This document shows positions 39,376 to 53,295 of a stretch of 64,000 nt of DNA, one piece after another. This DNA comes from Euprymna scolopes. Lineage: Eukaryota. The notes under the pieces were generated by a model. That model saw only the letters and a list, made by a program, of their open reading frames with translations, was not told the origin of the DNA and did no database searches. The position numbers and the translations under genes are program-made. The stretch is from the NCBI GenBank assembly GCA_053919585.1, contig CM132783.1; one strand, 5' to 3'. Position 1 is the first letter of the stretch. Every line of letters begins with the position of its first letter.

Positions 39376-39429
<54 letters not shown>

Positions 39430-39741
39430 CCTAGGAATATTGTAAATGTGCACAAAGAAACTACCCTTCGGAAGAGTTTTTCTTACTTACCTTTAATTAA
39501 TATTTGTCAATATGTGGAATTGTTGCAAAGTCACTCTTACTTCCTTGTGAAAGAACATAATCGACTTTGTAATTCAGTGAATACAGTTTAATCTTCGTTT
39601 TTCTTACAGCGTATTTGTCTTTCTAATATATGCTTATGTTGTCTGGCCAGGCTAACTTTTCTGGATTCCGTATCTCGAAAAAACATTTACTACATAAAAT
39701 AAATGATATATACCTATAACATAACAATCGTCCCCCTCACA

Positions 39742-39782
<41 letters not shown>

Positions 39783-40099
39783 ATTATGTTTATCTGATTC
39801 CCTCTTTCTCTCGCTGGGTAATTCAACCAAAAGGGGGTGTGCTGGGTAAGAGAATATTATCGTGTTCTTCGACTCTGCCATTAAAGTGAGACAAAAGATT
39901 CCGGGTTACAATCCATGCAATGCATTTCCTAAGAAATAAGGAAAAAAATATCAGTGCATTGCGTGGGTGTAAACGTATGTACGTATACTCCTGAAATGTT
40001 CGTTGTGGGGTAAATATGTGTAAACATAGAAGTTTCGATAGGTTCATCAATGTGTTAGAAATGGGAATCGGATTTTTCATGAGAGACCATTAAATTTTT

Positions 40100-42540
40100 A
40101 GACGAAATTAATTCATCTTATCTCGAATATGCATACTTGCTTATAGTCTGAAATGTGTTCTTTGTGTGCATTTTGTTGGATGTGATCTTGCATGCGACTA
40201 AGTTCACATCGAGGTGAATAAGAGAAAGAGAAAGGGAGGCAACAGAAGTTTAGTAAAATAGAAAAAATGTGAAAAGGAAATGACCTAGATGTCATGTAAT
40301 CATGTCATATGCCAGATCGACATTGAATTTGTGTTTGCTATACTCACACGGCTTATTTTGTGTCCGTGTGTTCGGACCACAAGTGAAACACTGTTATATT
40401 GGTCATGATATTTGCTATAATACTCTCCTCTTCAGAGAGGAGTGAAGTAAATTAATTAGCATGCAAATGTAGTCGTGATGTAGCATGAGTAATCGCAAGA
40501 AAGATAAAGTAGTGTCAGGATTTGCGGACTTGCGACGGCTAATGCGAGTTTTGCGGCTAGTAGGTTTGATAGAAGGAGCTTGTAGGTTCAGGTCAGCGTC
40601 ATTACGTTGTGTGCCAGAAACAAGTATAATGAAGGAATTAGGAACATTCTTGACGAATGACGGTGCAATAATATGTTCTGAGTCAGAAAAAAACTCGTTG
40701 CACGAAAAGGGAAATCGTACGAGCTATATAAGAAATGCGATCTTTGGCGATTGAATCACGATTACCGTTGCAGTTAATAGACGAAGTATTTTTCAGAGAG
40801 TTTCAAGACTAGATAAGGTCCAAAACAGAACAGGTGTAGTTATATTCGTATCGAGTCAATACAGATGAAAACATACTTAAATGAATGAGGACCAAGTGGA
40901 TAGTACGGTTTGGAAGTGGCAAAATGCAGTAGAGTGAACATCACTCTTGATATTGCTAGCTAATATAGTTTGCATAGCAGCAGGTGGTTGCGTTATTCAT
41001 TGCCGACCGAAAAAATCAATGAGAAAAGGATGGGTGGTTCCAAATACCATCTTTGCTTGTGTAGAGTTCAGATTTTTTAAGAACCGACCGAACTTATAGA
41101 AGAACGAGCGGCATGTGTTTGGGCTGCCCAGCTCTGGCAGCTTTGAGTCGATGATTAAAACGTTCTACTATTCCATTAGTAGAAAGGTGATAAGCAGTTC
41201 TCAGAATGTGGGAATTCTAAATGATTGTAAAACGGGTTGGAGAGTGTGTTATGTAAACTAGAAACCCGTGTCAGTGGTAACAGTGATGGGTACAGAAAAG
41301 TTAGAGGTCGAGTTCTGGTCAACGAGTTTAGCTGTTTATCATGGTAAAGATGTATCGAGGGCCACCGGAAGGTTGCAGGGAGCCAACGATGTCCAAATGA
41401 ACATGTTAGAAACGAGCTTCAGGTTCAGACTGACTAGACTGAATTTAATATTGCGATGCACTTTCGTAATTAGGCAGGAAATACACGCCTGAGTCCAATT
41501 TTCGACGTTGATATTAGGCAAACATAACGACCTGTGATTAGCTTGATCCTTGCGCGTTTGATAGAGTACATTAATTCATGGAAGTAATGAAAATTCCCTT
41601 TCGATAAGAAGGAGGCAAGTATGGTCTTGGATGTGTAATCGACGTATCACACAAGACTGGCTTGTCCGAGATAGGATCAGATTTCATTTCAACGGAATAG
41701 TCGAAATAAATTCTATCAAAGAGCTTTCTCGTTCCTGTTTAGCTAAGATTTAATCAAAGTCTAGAAGCTTCTGAAGACTGTTGAGATCACAAAAGCAGAA
41801 AATGATGCTAAATACAATATTCGTTCTCCTGGTAAATATTGGATGCCGGTAAAATATTAAGCCACAAAATCTAACTGCCGAATTTCCCTGGTTGTATGTT
41901 TACCAGAGATGGAAGATACCAAGAAAGCAATCAGAGGCTAGTTGTCAGCGAAGATATTAAATTGTCTCCCTTCCAACATAAAGCGAAAATGTTTCACTGC
42001 TTAATACATGACGAGTAGTTCTCGACCGAAAACGCTGTATTTACTCTCATGAGTGCACAGCTTGGCAGAAAAGAAAGACAGTTGTCGTGTTTGACCGTTT
42101 ACGATCTCTTTGAGTACACAACTAACAGATACTCCAGAAACAACTGTCGACAGGAAGAGCTTACTTGTTGGGTCGATATTTATATAGAATATTTTTGTGA
42201 AGTTCAAGAAAGCTGTGTTAGATGCGTGGAAAGATGTCAGGGTTTTCTTTAAGAGAGAACATGTCTTCTTTCCCGTACGGAATGCATCAGTGTGCTTGGA
42301 CAGGTGGTGTAGACCGTTGTGAATGGACCGTCAAATGTAACGACGTAGGTGACGCAAAGAGGTGGGCACAGTGAAATCTTGGATTGTTTTAACTTTGCCG
42401 GTTGTATATGATATATTTGATTTTTTTTTTTAAATCATATTCAGGGAAATTAACAACTCTGCTGTAAGCGATGTGTCGTTGTAAATAGAATGTGCAAAAG
42501 AATTGTAGATACCTCCACGTCAGCGTTTTACACGATTAAA
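40100..42540 (-). mobile_element. Decayed Ty3/gypsy pol (RT end, RNase H, integrase) with PPT and probable 3' LTR
   Basis: KVKTIQDFTVPTSLRHLRRY, LSFFSAKL..ESKYSVFGRELL, AVKHFRFMLEGRQF, AKMVFGTT. Purine tract GAAGAGGAGAG near 40432-40422. Left boundary approximate. Confidence 0.8.
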
Positions 42541-43262
42541 TCAACGTGATCATTTCGTGTGTTTACTATTTTCTGTGTCAATTTCTATGATGGGCATTGA
42601 CGCTATAATAGTTAACTAAAGTACTGTTTTCTTTTGCTATCGGATTTTTACATTTACATTTATTTTTATAGATTTTGAAAAATTATTAATTGAACATACA
42701 AGTATTTATTATTCGTTAATTTAAACATCTTTCTTAACACTTATATATACAAATATAATGTTGCATAAAGGCATTCTTGGTTTTTGTAAAAATGCGGAAA
42801 ATTACAGTGTACCCTCTATAAATTCAAATAATCAACTCCAAACTACATTTTAGACCGATTTTGGAGTTTCGACATTTATCATATCAAGTCATACTATATT
42901 ACATGTCTGTACGCAGTATACATGTATGTATACAACGATATAACTCGCTATAAACCATCCTTGGAGCATGAATATTATTTCCTGAAAATTTCAGTATTAT
43001 GTGGCCAGTAGTTTGAGAGTTTAACTGTTAGATATTTATACACACGTACATGATTTGTTTTATTCATCTGGATAAAGATAATTGGGCTTCAACATTAAAT
43101 ATGATTTCAGGTATGAATAGAAAATAATTATAAAAGTATTTTTAACACTATCTGTCCTTCCCCCTAATTATATATGTATATATACATATATGTGTGGGTA
43201 TGCGTGTTTGTGTGTGTGTGTGTGTGTGTATTACGATTTTTCTATACTTTACTGTGTACTTA

Positions 43263-44886
43263 CACATGCGGCAAAAAGAAAGTCCGCGTTTGTAATTTTT
43301 TCAAAAACTACAAATTAAATCTAAATTTATGTTACAGTTTCTCATTTGATTGCCATTTTATTCTTCTATAATTTTACTTGTTCGTATTTTACGTTTAATT
43401 GAAATATTCTAGTGTTCATGTCATTTAAAAAAATAACTACAAATTGAGGAGGCAAAAAGAAATTCCGCACGATGGGAAATTGTTATTTAAATGTAACTTT
43501 AGAACATTAATGCAACACAAATACAACACACACACAATTAACTAGTGAATATTTAGTAGCATAACCCTTCTGTAATTTGACAGCTTGCAATCTTCTGAGA
43601 ATTCCTTGAATTAGAATGCAGTAATACTCCGGGGATAATTCATCCCACTTTTCCTAGATTTTTGTCCAAGGTTCTTCCAAATTTTAATTTTATCATTGCG
43701 TAGCTGTTACTTGATGTAATGCTATGCGTTTTCTATAAGATTGAGTTCCAGTGATTGTGCAGACCAATCCAAACACAGAATACCAAGTTCTTCCAGGAAC
43801 CTCTTGGCATGTCCATCTGTGTTAAAGGAAGCATTATCCTGCATGAAGATTGGATTATCATCAAAATTCCTACTAAAGTAGGGTAGAAAATGCTCAGTCA
43901 ACCTATTGATGTACTTGGTTGAATTAATTGGACCTTGCAAGCGAACTATAACCCCTTTAATATTGGTACTAACAATGCCGCACACCAAACCTGAATCTTT
44001 ACCATCTTGCAGCGTTGAAACTGAACATCTAGGATTAAATTCTTCGTCTTTCCTCCGACGGACGTACTGCCTACCATAACTGCCTAGCCTATTGAACTTT
44101 CTTCCATGCTAAAAAACACTTTTGACCGATATGAAGAGTCATGATCTTCATTGCATCTGACAAAGTTTAGACGGCGCCTTGTGTTCTTTACAGATATCAT
44201 TGCTTGTGTCTTGCAAAATATCCTCGCAAATTAAATTCCTTTCATCTGTTCTTGAAAGTAGAAAGAGAACACTTTAACAAGATTGCACTGTTGTTGGATT
44301 TGAGGAGTCGTTTCAAAGCTGTTTCTTAGGCTGCGGATCTTGATAGCATTGTCTTCCCTGTTAGAAGTAACTCTAGTACGACCAGATTTAGGGGCATCAC
44401 GAACACTGCATGTATTTTGGTGATTTCGAACAGTCTTTCGTACCGTTTTCTCACACATGTCAATCTGCGACCAATTTTTTGATTGGATAAACTAGAAAGG
44501 TGGAGATTAATGAGCTCCTGACGAGTCGTGGCATATTGTCTAAATATTACGTTGTATAATCTTGAATAACAACAATTACAATTGGAGATGCTTTGTGCCT
44601 GTTGGTGGATATTTTAAACTGATATAGGGGCGATAAATTTAAGCTGGTTTCAAGCGATTTTTTTTATCTGCGGACGATCTTTTAGCTTAATTTGAAGTTA
44701 TTTTTGTAAATTTACTTGAACACTAGAATATTTCAGTTAAAAGTCAAATATGAACAAGAAAAATTATAGAAAAATAAAAGGCGAATCAAATGAAATATAG
44801 TTTGTTTAAGCAGTTACATTAAATTTAGCTTAAATTTTCAGTTATTGAAAAAATTACAAGTGCGGACTTTCTTTTTGCCGGCACGG
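43263..44886 (-). mobile_element. Full-length Tc1 (DD34E) element with long IR/DR-type TIRs, dead transposase
   Basis: TA on both sides. ~190-bp TIRs starting with GGCAAAAAGAAAGTCCGC, repeated internally at ~43452. KSGRTRVTS HTH region and FMQDNA-(34)-IENA. Confidence 0.92.
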
Positions 44887-45087
44887 TATATAATGAAACA
44901 ATTTATTATGTATATATATACTTAGATTTTTGTACGTATATTGAATAATCTATAGGCAAACTACATAGAATGAGTTTCTATAGCTCCACAAATTACACTT
45001 AATAGAGGAATAAACAGAACAAACTAAGGCTAGGTTAGAATATCACATATCAAAGTAGATTGCTTGGCTAGAATATGGAGCCAACAA

Positions 45088-46302
45088 CGAGGGGCGTGCA
45101 ATAAGTAATGCCCCTGACTCACTTCCGATAGCAGTAGAACAACGAAACGTTGCACAGTTATTAGTCTTTCTCTACATAGGAACCACCCAGAGTTATGCAT
45201 TTCTCCCATCGTTTGATGCAGCTCTGGAGATTGTTTTTGTAGAAAACCTCAGGTTGGTCCTCCAACCACGACGTGACTTCAGAAATCAAGGCTGCCTCAT
45301 CTAGGAAACGCTTTCCTTTCAAAAACAACTTCATGGCTGGGAAGAGGGGAAAGTCAGAGGATTCAAGGTCAGGAGAGTAGGGAGGATGGGGTAAATTTTA
45401 TAACCACACGCCCGTGCTTCTGATCTGGCAATATACGAGTTGTGGACTTTGTCCTGCAGCAGAAGGGTATCTTTGCTTATCTTGCCCCGCCTCTTGAGTT
45501 TGATAGCTCCCATTCATTTCCTCAAAAGTGAAGCATAATAGGCTCCTGTAATTGTGCTACCGTTTGCTAGGAAATCTGCACCCTTGCCTTCTTTGGAGGT
45601 GGTGAGTCCAAGTGCTTCCACTGCATTGACTGGGCTTTGGTCTCTAGATCATAGTGATGGACCCAGGTTTCATTGAAAAACATTGACTCATCTTCTTGGC
45701 ACATCTCCAAATTCATCGTCGAGCACTCGACGCGTTCTTGCTTCTGGTATGGTGTGATCAACCTGGGAATCCATCTGGCAGACACCTTATGCATATGCAA
45801 ATGGTCATGAATCATAGTTTCCACAGACCCTGTACTAATCTTGACATCTTGGGTTATTTGGCGAATAGTAATGCACCGATATTCCAAAATGGCAGTCTCA
45901 ACTTGACGGGCAGATGCTTTATCAATGGCAGAAGGGTGCCGACCATGTCTGGGAGCTGTTTCCACAGACATCCGGCCATGTTTGAATTCACGATGCTAGC
46001 GTTTTACAAGGTCATATGATAGGGCATTATCACCATAAGTTTCTTTCATTTCATCAGAAGTCTCCTATGGTGTGCGTCCTTTCAAATACAAAAACCGGAT
46101 CACTGACCCATTTCACCGGATCAACAGGCTCCATTTCACACCTGACTCAGTTCAAACATCTGTAAAACAGAAACCTCAATTAGTTCAGAGCTGTAATTTG
46201 CCACATAACGCGTAGAGATATAAATCCCTGCACATGCAAAATTTTCAACTATATTAGACAACTGGAAGTGGGTCAGGGGCATTACTTATTGCACGCTCCT
46301 CG
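45088..46302 (-). mobile_element. Full-length mariner element, pseudogene
   Basis: TIRs CGAGGGGCGTGCAATAAGTAATGCCCCTGAC and its reverse complement, right flank TA. Motifs ARWIPRL, ETWVHHY, HPPYSPDLESSDF. Confidence 0.95.
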
Positions 46303-47857
46303 TATGTCACAGTCGGAACATGCTCTTACATTTTTAGTTAAAAACATTCATCATACGATAGAACGAAAAAGGAAAACAATGCGAGAGGTCCTGATTGAAA
46401 ATTAAAATGTAAAATAGGAATTTAAACTATTTTGGTGATAGTAAGAGGAAGATATACAGCGAGGGTATCGAGATACAGATGTTAGATAGAATAGGAAAAT
46501 ATGTAAATATATAAAAGTGGAGATGAGAAAAAGTACACATATGGAAATAATATAAGCAGAGTAAGAGAGACATGAATCAGATAATAGAATCTAAAAGAAA
46601 AACGAGAAGTAACGTGAGGTGCTACATATTGAAATGCAGCGAGATAGAAATGAAGCGATGAAGAGAGGAAACCCAGCCAAAGAAATAGAGATTTTGTGAG
46701 ATTGAAAGAGAAATGAAAGAAAACAAACGATGATTGAAATAAGACACCCTGAGAACGATACCCAGAGAGAAATATAGTACAAAGCCAAATATAAAGAAAA
46801 CGAGTGTCTATATTGGAAATAACAGAATATGCGACAAAAACTTGAGAAAAGAGACGACGCAAGACACAAACTGAGCTGTTAAGGGTTCTGAAAAGCTCTA
46901 TTATATAAATAATCGATATAGATACATAAAAATGTATATAAACACAGAGGGGCACCTGAAAAATAATTGTGGACGCAGATAATTGGTAATTATTAAATGC
47001 CAGCGACTTCGAAGTATAGATATGAAGAGAGACATAAAAAGACGGAAATAGAAAGAAACTGAGAAAAAGAAGAGAGTTGAGTAATGAGTGAAAGAGAGAG
47101 AGAGAGAGAGTAAACAGAGGCAACAAAAACGAATAGAATTTTAAAGAGATTGTAAGAAATGAAGAGAGAGGTGAGATATCGATTTTACACGAGCAGGAAA
47201 AATATTAGATAACAAATTTGAAAAAAAAGGCCTTTTTATTTTTCGCAAAGGGAAAACGCCATTTATACATAGATTGATTGAAACTTAAATTGATACGGAA
47301 ATGCTTTCAGATTGAGGAGCCTGAATTTACTATCTCTACCTAAAAATATATATAATAATTAAATAAAACTTATTCTACCATCCCTATTCACACACACTTT
47401 TAAAACGTTATCGATCTGTATGATTTCCTTTGAAACTAACTTATATGGATGCCCCTGGCATCGAATAAGTGAGAATTGGAAATATTATTGTTCTCCTCTT
47501 TTTACCATTTTTTCATTCAAATGCTCTCATATCACTTCATCTTTTAATATAGATGAATGACGACTGGTGCCCGAATTCACGTTTCTCCATTTCTACACGT
47601 TCGATGTCTTCCGAAATACAAGGTTACATTTTTTACATGCCTTGCTTCCAGAACTAGGTGACACTGTCAGTTAAAGTATAAGGTACCTGGCGCATTCGAT
47701 TCCATCACTGTGTCACATATCGGGAAAATTTATTTTCGTTTTTAATTTTATCCCCGTAAAACAAGGCAGACTGCCAATGAGAGTTAAGTGGATATTGTAA
47801 AAAAAAATATAGGGAAAGTCAAAATTGTGATTTCTGCTGACAAATGTTTATTTACAT

Positions 47858-47901
<44 letters not shown>

Positions 47902-48349
47902 TATGTATCTGCATGTTGATACAGTCGGCAAAAGAGTACAAGAATTCTTACTGCAAGCCACTTGAAGAAATCATTAAAGTAGAAAGCTTTCTAGCACCTT
48001 GCGAAATCTAGAAAGAATAGATATCACTTTGCTATTGATCGGAATGTTTCCGTTGATGATCCACATGCATGTAATGAGCCATGCATGCAACACTGCGGTA
48101 AGGAAGATGAAGCAAAGTAGGTGATGTTGAACCTATTATGTAGTAAGGTTTTTTTTTACCTTATATAAGATGGAAAGTCTAGTTTGGATGCACCAACTCA
48201 GATGTGCTTGCAACTTGCATTGGTCAAGAGTTGTTTTGCTAACATATATGGCAGGTGTAAGCATTTGGTGAAGCACTTCTGTTTTTCTGTTTCTTCTATT
48301 TATTTTTTCAATTGATATTATATGTCGATGTTAAGCATTGCAATTTAAT

Positions 48350-48850
48350 GTTGGACTCTCAGGAATAGAGTTATCAGTCATAGCAATCGGCGACTGCTAG
48401 GATTTGTTATACTTTTTAAAATAACGGTGATTTTTTTATATTGTAACAGGTAATGTAAGCATCCATTCACAACCCACTTTCAAAACAGACTAGACGTTAT
48501 GTTCTAAATGTTAACCCATTATCTTGATTATTTTTGCGTACTATTTATCCACATATCAAGAATAGACAATTATATACCAAACCCCAGATGTGATTGTATA
48601 AATGAAATAATTTATAAAACTCATTAATAATAAAAGTCTAAACCCGAACACTGAGGAACCCTCCGTATTGATGTGCTGCTGTTTACCACGACAAGGAGTT
48701 TTCCTTTTAGCTATGAAAGATCTGATTATATTGTTTGTAAGGCTCGTAATACCATTATCGATATGTTGTCAAATCCAAACGCTTTTATTTATTGACAGAA
48801 AGAATAAAACATATTCGTTAATGATTCTTTTTAATACTTCCGCGAATCTT
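48350..48850 (-). mobile_element. Decayed CR1-group RT fragment
   Basis: IIRSFIAKR and VPQCSGL..FIINE resemble WI.SFL..R and GVPQGSVLGP..FINDL. Confidence 0.35.
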
Positions 48851-49167
48851 TGGTGCTTTATAAAAATAAGTGAGTAATTTATATTTCAGATTATTAGCAT
48901 AATATTTAGATTAACCGAATAATTATTCAAATTCAAACATATTCATTGATATACGAAACAAGGGTGGATTTCCGGTGAACGTGCATACACAGGGATAAGG
49001 GGTTGGAATATGTATTTCTGAAAGTTTATTTGATTACTTTAAATTCTATTGACTATCACTTGGATACATAAAATATCATCATAAAATCAAAAAAAAAGAT
49101 ATAATTAATATATTTTCTATTCTGCATAGATAAAATGCTGAATTACCAGTACTCAAATGCACGCAAT

Positions 49168-49229
<62 letters not shown>

Positions 49230-49249
49230 AAATATACGTAATTTTAGGC

Positions 49250-50350
49250 TCATAGGTGAAGTGGTTGATGGGCAAAAACCAGAGGCCCGCAGTATTAATG
49301 CCTGAGTCCCTCAGGGGTCCATTCTAGGCCCAACTATCTTCCCGATCTACATCAATGATCTCTCAAAACACATACTTAAATCATTCGTTGACACCTATGC
49401 TGATAACACGATCATCTATGGCAACACATCAAAGGCCGTAAATGACAACGTTCTCCCTGATTCTCTCTCCTCTGATCTTGAGCGCGTGGTACACTGGGGG
49501 AAGATGTGGCTGATTACCTTTAATGCATCTAAAACCAAGCTCCTATCTTTACATCATCAGCGGTCTGACCCCCATCTGACCTCAATTGAAATGGATGACT
49601 CCCGTCTAGGGGAGACCCCATGTTTTGATAAGCTTCTGGGATTGACCTTTACTCCTGATCTGAAATGGACCACATACATCAAGTCTGTTTCCAAGATCGC
49701 TGGGATAACGGTGGGATCTTTCTACCACTCCAGAAGATATCTCACTACTCATGCAATTATCTATCTATATAAAAGCCAAATACGTCCAAGGATGGAATAC
49801 TGCTGCCACATCTGGGCGGGAGCTGCTAAAAACAGCTTACCCTGCTTTGACAGACTACAAAGTAGACTTCGTGGCTTAGTGGGGGATGCCTTTTCTTTTC
49901 CCTACAACCTCTCTCCCACAGAAGAGACGTTGCGAGCATATCTTTGTTTTATTGTTATTTCCATGGCAAGTGCTCGTCTGAGCTCAAAGTTCCCCTGCCC
50001 ATCCTTCATTATAGAAATCCGTCGAGCTGAAACCACTGTCAATAATTTTCCCCACTCTTTATCTGTGCCTAAATCAAAACGTAGATTCAATGAACAAAGC
50101 TTATTTCCTAGAAATGCACGCCTGTGGAACTCTCTTCCGCTTGCCTGTTTCCCCCCTGACTTCAACTTGGATGTCTCTAAGTCAAACATAAACAAATTCC
50201 TAATAAACCGCCTCCTTAAGTAATGCCACTTTATCAAATCTCCAATACTAACGAATGCTACAACACTATCCCATAGATTACTGTCCACGCAATGACCCTT
50301 ATCCCCGAGTGGCTTCTAGGCTTGATAAATGGCGACCTCCATGTAAAAAA
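49250..50350 (+). mobile_element. 5'-truncated CR1/L2-group LINE (RT C-terminus and 3' UTR)
   Basis: VPQGSILGPTIFPIYINDL, YADNT, FNASKTK, YKSQIRPRMEYCCHIW, FPRNARLWNSLP (ORF 49486-50223, frameshifted). Ends in a short A run. Confidence 0.9.
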
Positions 50351-52199
50351 TAACATATATTTCAACAATAAAAATTTAAGAATTACTTTAATTTGCAATC
50401 TCGAAATATTTTAAACAAAATATATGTACGGTGTTACATCCTTGATTCGGATTTGAATGCACAGCAACATAGGGTTAATGTGTGCACTCGGCTTTATTAA
50501 GCGTAAGGGAATTTGTAACCAGGGATGACTACACGGCTTGTTCCCAACCCAGTCGAGTGTAAGCAAATTAAATCGTCTATCGAGTGAGAAGGAAGCAAGC
50601 AAAAAATAAAAAATAAAACAATTCAATAAAATATATTTTTTTTAATTCAATATGCCATGAATTAGGAGGGTGGAAGCAAAAATATATTGTATGTACCCCT
50701 TTTTTCGTATGGGTTTTATTTATCTTTGTTCTTTATAAAAACACACAAACAAACAAAAAACAAAATAACCTAAGATTAAAAATGGTAAAAGAAAAATGTT
50801 CATTGATGACGGGAAAGAAAGAGCGGTCGCCATTAATTCCAGAGGAAGAAAAAAGGGAGGACGGGTTAATCCGAAAATCACCTCAGTAGTTTGTTTAACG
50901 GCTCATCCTCCCGGTAAACTCTGGCCTAGTGTCTGCCGGATTGCAATCACACAAAAGTCTTTTTGGTAGGGGAACAGAGAACGAGACATTCACAAACCTG
51001 TTTCTCAAGCGAGCCCAAATCAAAGCTTCTTTTAATTTCGGGGTAATATGTTACCGCATACATTTTTTTCTGAAAGCTTCATTACCTTCTCCGTTCTTTT
51101 TCTTTTCAGGGCCCAGTAAAAAAAAAAAAAACAGCGAGAAACAGTCATCGCTTTTCATGGCTAACTCAGATTCAACCATATAACGTTTTTCCCCCTTATT
51201 AATGTATCATACGCTTTTTCATTTCTCACTCCACGGAAAACAGAAACCTCGTCTTCGCCCGCCGATGCACAAATCCTGACTCATTCTTTTTTTTTCTTTT
51301 TCATCTTCCTCCCACGTCTCGGCTGCTGCTGCTTGTGTTCCCTATGGTCTCTGTATGAGCTCACATTTATTCCCAAAAATGACTTGACCCCGGCCTCCGG
51401 ACCGTAGTCTCAGTTTTCTTCCCATGGCCTTTGGACCGTGACAACAGTATATTAGATAAAAACTATTGGTGTGTTTCCAAGTTTAAATGCGAATCAGTGT
51501 AGTTAAGTAATATATCATGGTCAAGATGAAAGTTCAGAATTCCAAACACACACATACAAATACTTAGAGCTCAGCTTCTTTATATAATAAATAAAATAGC
51601 ATTCAAGGTTTTAAAATAATATACCGTTATCATATTAGACTTAAGTTATTGATTACTATAGAATTGTTCATACTCTAAAAAAAAACTTTTAAAAACTGAA
51701 CCCAAAAAGCCAGCCGTGGGACATCACATAATATTTTATTGCCATTGCACAAATAATCAAATATTTTAATTGCTTCCAACAAAATAGATGCTATAATAAT
51801 ATATCCGCCTTTACAACTGTGAGTAATTTCTGCTAAATGATTATATAAAACTCGTCAGAGCTATAGGCCTAATCCTTAAAGTAGTTGAAAAGCATTGCCC
51901 CCACTATTTTTGACTCTCGAAACCATCACCAAAACATCTGATACTTAGTTCATCAGTATTTGAAAAACATTTTTTTTTCTGTAACCCATTGCATTACACA
52001 TCTAAATTGCGATCGAGATCATATACCTTGTGACTTTTCTGCTAGTACTAAAAATCTTCTAGACGGCATATATACTGATTACTTTGACATGAATGTTCTT
52101 GCGAAATTTTTTAAGTTTCATTTTAAAAATGTATAAGTTTTTGTTATAATTCTTTTACTTTATATATAATTTTTAATATAATTTTTCTCTCAATGTAAC

Positions 52200-53292
52200 C
52201 GTTTCAATTCCAATCGTCTTAACAAAAATCATGTCCATTTTTCAGAACGTTGAATACAAGATTGAAAATAAATTAGCACAATTTTCTTATTTACATTTGG
52301 CCTAGGCCGAAAAGCTGCCGAAACAGCTAGCCATATCACCAAAGCCCTAAGCCCATGCGTCACTTCTGAACACACCACAAATTGGTCGTTTAAGAAATTT
52401 CGTGGTAAAGGTAAGTATCTTGAAAATGATGAGCGTAGTTGTCGACCATCGATGTTTACCACGACCCATTAGCCATTTAATCGACTCCAATCTACACACA
52501 ACTGTTTGGAAACTTGCGTATAACTTGGCAGTTACCTGTACGGTGACTTCCAACAACTTGAGAGATTTGAATGATAAAAACACTGATAAATGGGTGCATC
52601 AGGAATTGAACGAAAAGCAAAAGAAATGCCGTTATAAAGTGTTATCTTCCCTTCTTTTATGGAACAAGAAGGGCCCATTTCTAGACCGGGTGGTGTCATG
52701 TGAAAAAAGTGGGTTATTTATGAGAACTGCCTAAGCCCCACAATATTTTCCGAGGCAACAGTTACATCAAAATAACTTCATGCTGACAATTTGGTGATCT
52801 ACTAGAAGTCTCCTATATTACACCTTTTTGGCTGCAGGCAAAACGATTGCTGCGGCGAAGTACTGTCAACAAATAGATGAAATGTATAAGAAACTTCAAT
52901 AGCCAGCATTAGTGAACAGAAAAGGCAACTTCTTCTCCACAATAATGCCCAACCGCACTTTACTAAACGGAAACTGCAGAAGTTAAATGAATAAGGCTAC
53001 GAAACTGTGCCTAACTCGGAATACTCTCCAAACACCCATTTACTGACTATCCCTTTTAAAAACATCTCGACAACTTTCTATGTGAGAAATGGTTAAAAAT
53101 CCTAAGTGATATCACAAACACCTTCAACTATTTCATCGCTACCAGATCACAAAATTCTTATGTTACTGACCTAAATACACTTGCTTTGCGTTGAGTTGCG
53201 TGTGTGTTGAGTCTAATACTGCTTATTTCGGCCGCTACGTTTAAGCTTGAGCCAGAATATGATCATCTTAATTTAAAAGTTAAAAACAGCAA
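52200..53292 (+). mobile_element. mariner transposase pseudogene, right end cut off by a Penelope element
   Basis: GRKAAETA, FKKFRG, WVHQELNE (~WVPHEL), FLDRVVSCEK, HNNAQPH, EYSPN..TDY. Confidence 0.85.
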
Positions 53293-53295
53293 GAA

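Noticed and set aside
46482-47126. 214-aa minus-strand ORF resembling a membrane protein
   Set aside because: Artefact of a low-complexity CT-rich strand; no domain motifs.
49486-50223. 245-aa ORF as a host gene
   Set aside because: It is the frameshifted C-terminus of a LINE reverse transcriptase.
50690-51445. Possible solo LTR or promoter-like GC-richer segment
   Set aside because: No clear matched termini, TSD or related copy found in the window.
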